This document shows, one piece after another, positions 58,262 through 64,000 of a stretch of 64,000 nt of DNA. The stretch spans positions 3,116 through 67,115 of the forward strand of contig CAZRMW010000003.1 of assembly GCA_964601305.1 (NCBI GenBank). The letters run 5' to 3'. Source of the stretch: an uncultured Candidatus Saccharibacteria bacterium. GTDB lineage: Bacteria > Patescibacteriota > Minisyncoccia > JAHISW01 > Tagabacteraceae. The notes below the pieces were generated by a model. That model was not told the DNA's origin, did not search any database, and was given only the letters and a program-made list of their open reading frames with translations. The position numbers and the translations under genes were made by a program. Position 1 is the stretch's first letter; each line of letters opens with the position of its first letter.

Positions 58262-59419
58262 TTGGAAATTTTAAAACCAAAAGAATATTTTTTGCTGTTT
58301 ATTGTTTTTTTTGCTGGAGTAATATCTATTGCTACAAGCAACAATCCTCTTGTATATGCCCAACTAATGATTTTGGCTTTTTGTCAAAATATTGCTTTTT
58401 CTTTGGTTAGTAGATCAAGAAACAGGGACAATAACAACTATCATTTAATCGCTGCTGTTGGAAGTAATGGTATCTGGTTTCTTACAATGTCTTATATGAT
58501 TAGCCAAGGTATGCCTATTTCTATGCTTGTTCCTTTTTTGTCTGGAACAACATTAGGAAGTCTTTATGGCGCACACATTTCAAAAAAAATAGAGTTTTGG
58601 ATAGGACTAACAGCAGATGCAACAAAAAATACTGCTCAAATATCTGAGTCTTCCTTCTTTAAAAAATATATATTGTTTTTATGTTTGGGAGCAATTGCTA
58701 TTTCTTATTTAGGCTTTTCTGAAAACACACAAAGTCTAGCTTGGCTTATGCTTCTCTCTTGTGTACAAAGTATCGGTTTTGGTCTGTCTAGTAGAGCTGG
58801 AAATAGAGGAAGCCAAAACTATTTTATTTTTACAAAAATATTTAGCATAACTTTTTGGTTTTTGACTTTTGGTTATCTTGTTACCAGAAATATGCCTCTT
58901 TCTCTATTTGTTCCCTACACCGTTGCAACTGTATTTGGAAGTATTACTGGAGCACAAGTTTCCATGAAAATTGAAAGATTTTTCGGCTTCAAGCCAGATG
59001 AACATGTTTCTATTGGAAGTGTTGAAAATATAGAATCTCTATTTAAAGAATGGTGGCTTTTTACAACGATAATCTTTGCTGGTTTTTGTTATATCATCTT
59101 CGCGCCTTCTTCGATAAAATTAGCTACGATGTTTTTTGGAACACTAATTTTTGCAACAGAATCCATGTCTTTTGCAATTGCAAGCAGAGCTGGAAACAGA
59201 GATAGTCTTTTTTATCACTTGTGTACAAGGCTCGTAAAAGGAACTGTTTGGTTTTTTACGATTGAATATACTGTTATTCATAATATGTCTATTGATATTT
59301 TGGTTCCTGTTGGACTAGGAATGGTTTTAGGAAGTGTGCTTGGACAAAAGATTGGTATGAAAATCGAAGAAAAAATTGGTGCTGTGATGGACATACCCAT
59401 GAAGCCCAAAAGAGTTTAA
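58262..59419 (+). CDS. polytopic membrane protein with three internal repeats
   Basis: three SR(S/A)(R/G)NR...WF.T...GS..G....KIE modules; TTG after AAGGAGG. Confidence 0.75.
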   Translation: MEILKPKEYFLLFIVFFAGVISIATSNNPLVYAQLMILAFCQNIAFSLVSRSRNRDNNNYHLIAAVGSNGIWFLTMSYMISQGMPISMLVPFLSGTTLGSLYGAHISKKIEFWIGLTADATKNTAQISESSFFKKYILFLCLGAIAISYLGFSENTQSLAWLMLLSCVQSIGFGLSSRAGNRGSQNYFIFTKIFSITFWFLTFGYLVTRNMPLSLFVPYTVATVFGSITGAQVSMKIERFFGFKPDEHVSIGSVENIESLFKEWWLFTTIIFAGFCYIIFAPSSIKLATMFFGTLIFATESMSFAIASRAGNRDSLFYHLCTRLVKGTVWFFTIEYTVIHNMSIDILVPVGLGMVLGSVLGQKIGMKIEEKIGAVMDIPMKPKRV

Positions 59420-59423
59420 ATAT

Positions 59424-59460
59424 AAAAACCCCGGGGAGCGTAATACTCTCTCGGGGTTTT
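59424..59460. terminator. bidirectional terminator
   Basis: AAAAACCCCGGGGAG...CTCTCGGGGTTTT between convergent genes. Confidence 0.7.
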
Positions 59461-59493
59461 AATTTATTTTTTCCAGTCATCCGACCGGAGACA

Positions 59494-62400
59494 CTATGCC
59501 GGGTTCGGCAGATAATCTTCCCAATTAAATGGACGTGGATTTGTTTCCACAAAATCTTTAATTACATCGTAAGGCAATACTCTCCAAAAAACAGGTCCGC
59601 TATCAGGGCCATCTACAGGAACGCCCAGAAAAGAGACTCCTGTATTATTTGGAGCAAAACCATTTTCCCCATAAGCGTCTGTATGGACTGCAGCTGGGGA
59701 CATTTGATAGATTGCATGGTCAGTACTAATTCCGCTAAAAAAATGCTTGTCTCCAAAAAATTTAAGGACAGGAAGTTTCCTGTTCCAAATTCTACTATAA
59801 TTTCCTCTTCGAAGATCTTTTTTAACATGTCCCTTTAGTGGATCGCCCCATCCAGCCATATTGGTGGGAGCGGAGCGAATTTCTATACCATATTCATGTT
59901 TCCCTTCTACAGAAATTATTCCCCAACCAATACAAGTTTTTCCGTACACGGGAGCGAGTACATGTTTGCCAATAAACTTTTTTTGATCTCTCCATTCATT
60001 TGTTTGAAGAAGAAGATCTCTCAATCTCATCGCATAAAGGGGACCTTCTATCATCTCTCCATCAGTAGTTCTGGCGAAATGATTTCCAGTACCAATATTT
60101 ATAAGGCCTATATTTCTGGAATCGTACCCTCCAAATTCTGGAACAGTAATCTCTCCAACACTGAGCACTCTTACTTTTGCACTTTGTGATCTTCTTAAAA
60201 TTGCGCTAAAAATATCTAAGTTCGGTTCTATATGCCTTTCCATCATTTGCATAAGCTGACTAAGTAAATAATCAGTCCCTCTTTTTTCAAACTGGTAAAG
60301 AGCCAATTTTCGAATTTCGTCAGCTGCTTGTAGAACATCTTCTTTCTTTCTCAAACTCATTGCTTGCCTCAAAAGATCTCCTGTATTTTTTTCTATACGA
60401 TCATACGACATTTCATGAGGGTGTGGTTCTGTACGATATTTTACATTTTGAGCCTGAGTAGGATCGTCTGGAGAAGCAAGAAAATGAATTGGCATATTAT
60501 TGCCTTCACAAAGACCCTGTTGTCTCATCATATGAAATACAGCTTCAGCCATACTTAAACGCACAGATACACCATTTACGTTTACCCAAAAGAATTCCTT
60601 AGATCTCCCCCCCCAATGGTGATCAGAGCAAATCATAAACCACAAATTCTTGGAGCTACGTGCATAAACAGCAGCCCCCTTAGTTTTTTTTGTTACCAAC
60701 GACTTAGGGTAATTTTTAAAAGCCTCAAGTGCTTTGACAGGAATCTCTTCAACATCAAGCACTCCATTACTACAACGCAACCTAATAACACCCGATTTAA
60801 ACATTCTGTTGTAAACTGCTTTCATAATGGGGTGATCTTTCGTTCTTAAAGAACTTCTTTGTGAACGAATAAACTCACCATCAATAGCTATAGGAGCCAC
60901 ACAAACACCCATAGAATCTCTCTGCCCATCATGGTCTATCTCACGACCAGTCATTCTTGTCTGAAGCGACCAAGGGTGACAAATTACGACCTGGTCAGGA
61001 TTTTTTTCTCTCAACACATCTGGCGCATAAGTATTAGCGTAATCGTTTAACAAGCCATCAGTTACCCTCAAATGAGAAGGTATATAAATTTTTATAAGTT
61101 TATCATTAATTTTTAAGTAACTCGTACCTTCTCCTATAACTTTGGAGTTAGGAATTGCGGATTCAATTTTTTGAACAACAACACTGTAAACATGTTTAAA
61201 AAATCTACGAGACTCCTGACTAGCAACATTGCTTACAATGGTAATGGAGCGCTGATATTCTAAGGACTCCAGTTCGATATTTTTTTCTCTAAGGTCTTTT
61301 CTGGCTTCTTTTGTATCTCCGTCGACACTAGCAATTTTACCCAGTTTGCTTTCGGCTTCTTTACAAGATTTTCTGAAAGTTTTAATTGCTTCATCTAGTC
61401 TTTTTTGCTCTCTTAACGTACAACGCCATATTTCCCAATATGTAACAGCAGAAATAAAGGCAAGCTCATTTGCACCAATAACAACAAAAACTGGCCCACT
61501 ATATTCAGGTCTTTCTGTTTTATTTTTTGTTTCTTCGGCTGGTATGGTAAAAACGTTGATCCACCCACCAAGAACATCATTAACCAATTCTTCTGTGGTT
61601 CTATAAGCAACTTTATCCAATGGCTTTTCTGTAATTATTCCTTTCACTATCTGCCTATAAATCTTGTCTTCAACAAGCTCTGGATTGATGTTGTCGCCCA
61701 AAATTTGAGCACGTGCTGTTTTTGCGGGCCCACCAGCTTTCTTTAGATCAAAACATAAAAAGTTGGTGATAATGACTGCAGAGTCTTTACGCATTTCAGC
61801 ATCACTAAGAGCTTTTCTTGCAGTATTCCCAACAATATCTGGTCCATGCATTAATCCAAAATTTGCACCATTTAACACAGTGGGTGCCCAATTTAAAGGG
61901 TCTTCTGTTTTTAATACATAAGGATTATTAAAGGTCGATTTAGGAATTTCAAAATTTGGTATACCACTAGTCAAATCCATTCTTCCTAAGCCTTTTAATT
62001 TTTTACCCATTAATTTTTTGCCTCTACCAGAGACTAGGCCACGGTGCCATTCAATTCTTTTTTTAATAAACTCTTGAGGCACATGCGGATAAACTGTCGT
62101 AAAATTTTCAATAATTTCTTCAGTTTTTTCACGCTCTAAATCTTGCCTAACAAAACCCTGAAGCGTACTGTTTAAAGCTTTTTGACGATTCGATAGTTTA
62201 ACAAAAATTAAATCATAAATTTTATTTTTAAACTTTCTCTTGTCTGGCCTGTTGTTTGGAAAGTCTTCCGTAATATTAGCGTGAAGTTTATCAATCCCAC
62301 CTTCTTCCAAAAGAATCCCAGTTTCAACGAGTTCCAAAATCCGAGCATTTACAGTTTTGCTCGGAGCTTTTTTCTTCTCCGCCGCCTCCTTCTTCGCCTT

Positions 62401-62775
62401 CTTTGCATCAGCTGTTTTTGTACTGGCGGGACGTTCTATGTCTAACACTCTCGCTATATTACTGGTCTGTGTTATATTTTCTAATCTATATTTTTTAGTA
62501 ATCTCTGAGACAGGCATTTTACTCTGATAGTCTTTTTTAAAATTCCTTTTTTTCTTTGCGCTCCATTGTGCCAAGATGCCTTTAGTGTCCATTTTAAGAC
62601 CCTCAAAATGTCCTCTTCGTTCAAATGCTTTTCTGACACTCTCTACTGTCCGACCAAAGCAACAACTTTTCTTATCCTTAACTGCTTTCTTCATCTTCTT
62701 ATATAAATCAGAGCGAGTTTTACATCCCTTCCTTATTCTTTTAAGTTCTACTTCATCATATTTTTTATATGCCAT
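59494..62775 (-). CDS. large protein: HTH-like N-terminus + two calcineurin-like metallophosphoesterase-type domains
   Basis: C-terminal SDHH, DDP, GTGNH, GDKH motifs; a degenerate central copy with a coiled-coil insert. Confidence 0.6.
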   Translation of the reverse strand: MAYKKYDEVELKRIRKGCKTRSDLYKKMKKAVKDKKSCCFGRTVESVRKAFERRGHFEGLKMDTKGILAQWSAKKKRNFKKDYQSKMPVSEITKKYRLENITQTSNIARVLDIERPASTKTADAKKAKKEAAEKKKAPSKTVNARILELVETGILLEEGGIDKLHANITEDFPNNRPDKRKFKNKIYDLIFVKLSNRQKALNSTLQGFVRQDLEREKTEEIIENFTTVYPHVPQEFIKKRIEWHRGLVSGRGKKLMGKKLKGLGRMDLTSGIPNFEIPKSTFNNPYVLKTEDPLNWAPTVLNGANFGLMHGPDIVGNTARKALSDAEMRKDSAVIITNFLCFDLKKAGGPAKTARAQILGDNINPELVEDKIYRQIVKGIITEKPLDKVAYRTTEELVNDVLGGWINVFTIPAEETKNKTERPEYSGPVFVVIGANELAFISAVTYWEIWRCTLREQKRLDEAIKTFRKSCKEAESKLGKIASVDGDTKEARKDLREKNIELESLEYQRSITIVSNVASQESRRFFKHVYSVVVQKIESAIPNSKVIGEGTSYLKINDKLIKIYIPSHLRVTDGLLNDYANTYAPDVLREKNPDQVVICHPWSLQTRMTGREIDHDGQRDSMGVCVAPIAIDGEFIRSQRSSLRTKDHPIMKAVYNRMFKSGVIRLRCSNGVLDVEEIPVKALEAFKNYPKSLVTKKTKGAAVYARSSKNLWFMICSDHHWGGRSKEFFWVNVNGVSVRLSMAEAVFHMMRQQGLCEGNNMPIHFLASPDDPTQAQNVKYRTEPHPHEMSYDRIEKNTGDLLRQAMSLRKKEDVLQAADEIRKLALYQFEKRGTDYLLSQLMQMMERHIEPNLDIFSAILRRSQSAKVRVLSVGEITVPEFGGYDSRNIGLINIGTGNHFARTTDGEMIEGPLYAMRLRDLLLQTNEWRDQKKFIGKHVLAPVYGKTCIGWGIISVEGKHEYGIEIRSAPTNMAGWGDPLKGHVKKDLRRGNYSRIWNRKLPVLKFFGDKHFFSGISTDHAIYQMSPAAVHTDAYGENGFAPNNTGVSFLGVPVDGPDSGPVFWRVLPYDVIKDFVETNPRPFNWEDYLPNPA

Positions 62776-63048
62776 GTAGCACCTCTCTTTCTTTTTAAAC
62801 TGTCAAAGTTCATCCGCCTCCGGCGGGACCTTTATATATATTTTCAAGCTAAATTACTAAAGAGTAATCGCCTGTTTATACGGATATTTAAAGATATTTT
62901 AGCAAAACAAAACCAAGAATGTAATCTTGATTTTATAAAAATAATGTAGTCTATTTTAAAAAACTTATTAAAATTTTATTAAAAATTTAAAATGCCAAAC
63001 TCTTACGATCGTATGAGTTTGGCGAAAAGAAACACTGGTATTCTTCTG

Positions 63049-63870
63049 TTATTTTAAAGTCAATTCTATCGGACAATGGTCTGAACCCATAATGTCTGAT
63101 AAAATTTCCGTAGATTTTACGTTTTTTACAAATTCTTTGGATACGAAAAAATAATCAATCCTCCACCCTACATTTCTGTCTCTTGCTCTGCTTTTCATAT
63201 CCCAATATGTGTAAGCCTCTTTTTTGTCTGGATAAAAGTGGCGGAAAATATCTACATAACCTTTTTTAATAACTTGAGTTATCCACAGGCGCTCTATCGG
63301 TAAAAATCCAGTATGTTTTTCGTTTGCTTTTGGTCTAGCCAAATCTATTTCTTCGTGCGCCGTATTTACATCTCCACAAAAAATTATGCCTGCCCCGCCC
63401 GGCGGGGGTTTTTTTCTAAGTTTTTCGACATATTTTAAAAACGCATCATAAAAATCCATTTTATATTTAAGTCTTTCTGGTCCCATCCCCCCGTTTGGAA
63501 AATAAACATTTAGTAATACAAAATCTTTAAAATACAAAACAAGTATTCTTCCTTCTTTATCGAACTTTTCTATACCTATGCCGTACTCTACTTTTTTTGG
63601 CTGCTCTTTTGTGTAAACAGCTACACCACTATAACCTTTTTTAACTTCTGAAGATGAAAAATACGCATGGTACTTATCCACAACCCTAATTTCTTCTGAA
63701 AGTTGCGTCTCATTTGCTTTTGCCCGCCTCGACTCGCTGTCGTTTGTCGACGCGAGGCGGGTTTCTTGAAGGCACAAAATATCTGGATTTTGTTTTTTTA
63801 TAAATGGTAAAAGCAACTCTTTTTTGTGAAGAGCTCTTATGCCATTTATATTCCAAGAAATTATTTTCAT
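63049..63870 (-). CDS. xth: exodeoxyribonuclease III
   Basis: SWNING, LQET, GYSGVA, YFPNG, GDVN, WRIDY, SDHCP. Confidence 0.96.
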   Translation of the reverse strand: MKIISWNINGIRALHKKELLLPFIKKQNPDILCLQETRLASTNDSESRRAKANETQLSEEIRVVDKYHAYFSSSEVKKGYSGVAVYTKEQPKKVEYGIGIEKFDKEGRILVLYFKDFVLLNVYFPNGGMGPERLKYKMDFYDAFLKYVEKLRKKPPPGGAGIIFCGDVNTAHEEIDLARPKANEKHTGFLPIERLWITQVIKKGYVDIFRHFYPDKKEAYTYWDMKSRARDRNVGWRIDYFFVSKEFVKNVKSTEILSDIMGSDHCPIELTLK

Positions 63871-64000
63871 AAATATTATAAACAAAATCAAAACAGTTTT
63901 TTACGTGCTTGTGAGGCTAAAGCCGAGCACTTTTCTAAATTCATAATTAAATTTAGAAAAAGTAAAAAATTGGTTTTGGTTTTGTTAAATTATGTTTTAC

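Overview
AT-rich bacterial chromosome segment. It looks like a Patescibacteria/CPR (Parcubacteria-type) genome, judging by the shortened AspRS, AlaRS and UvrC, a Gmad2 Ig-like protein, a baseplate-J-like/FtsA-like pair and the standard genetic code. From about 9.7 kb onward the core genes lie almost all on the minus strand: gltX, murG, ftsW, mraY, scpAB, aspS, dnaJ-dnaK-grpE, the infA-rpmJ-rpsM-rpsK-rpsD-rpoA-rplQ-rplM-rpsI cluster, alaS, mnmA, uvrBAC, mltG and xth. tRNA-Lys is on the plus strand. Accessory segments are: a defence-like region at 0-9 kb (Type IIG RM fusion, a three-gene wHTH/wHTH/wHTH-PLD operon, a putative RNase with a convergent structured RNA, a DUF2779-type protein); an MntA-HepT TA pair fused to the dcw operon; a leader-peptide/MFS/GNAT unit; an acyltransferase/acyl-reductase/7TM-kinase unit; and a 56.8-62.8 kb cluster of nucleotide-related proteins. 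Non-coding DNA holds four candidate ncRNAs, each with a promoter and a terminator; one has three CCCCGGAAAGG hairpins and one has a tRNA-like domain. There is also a duplicated ~177-nt structured element and several families of short palindromes that repeatedly sit in frame inside housekeeping genes. All family assignments come from motif recognition by eye; no database searches were run.
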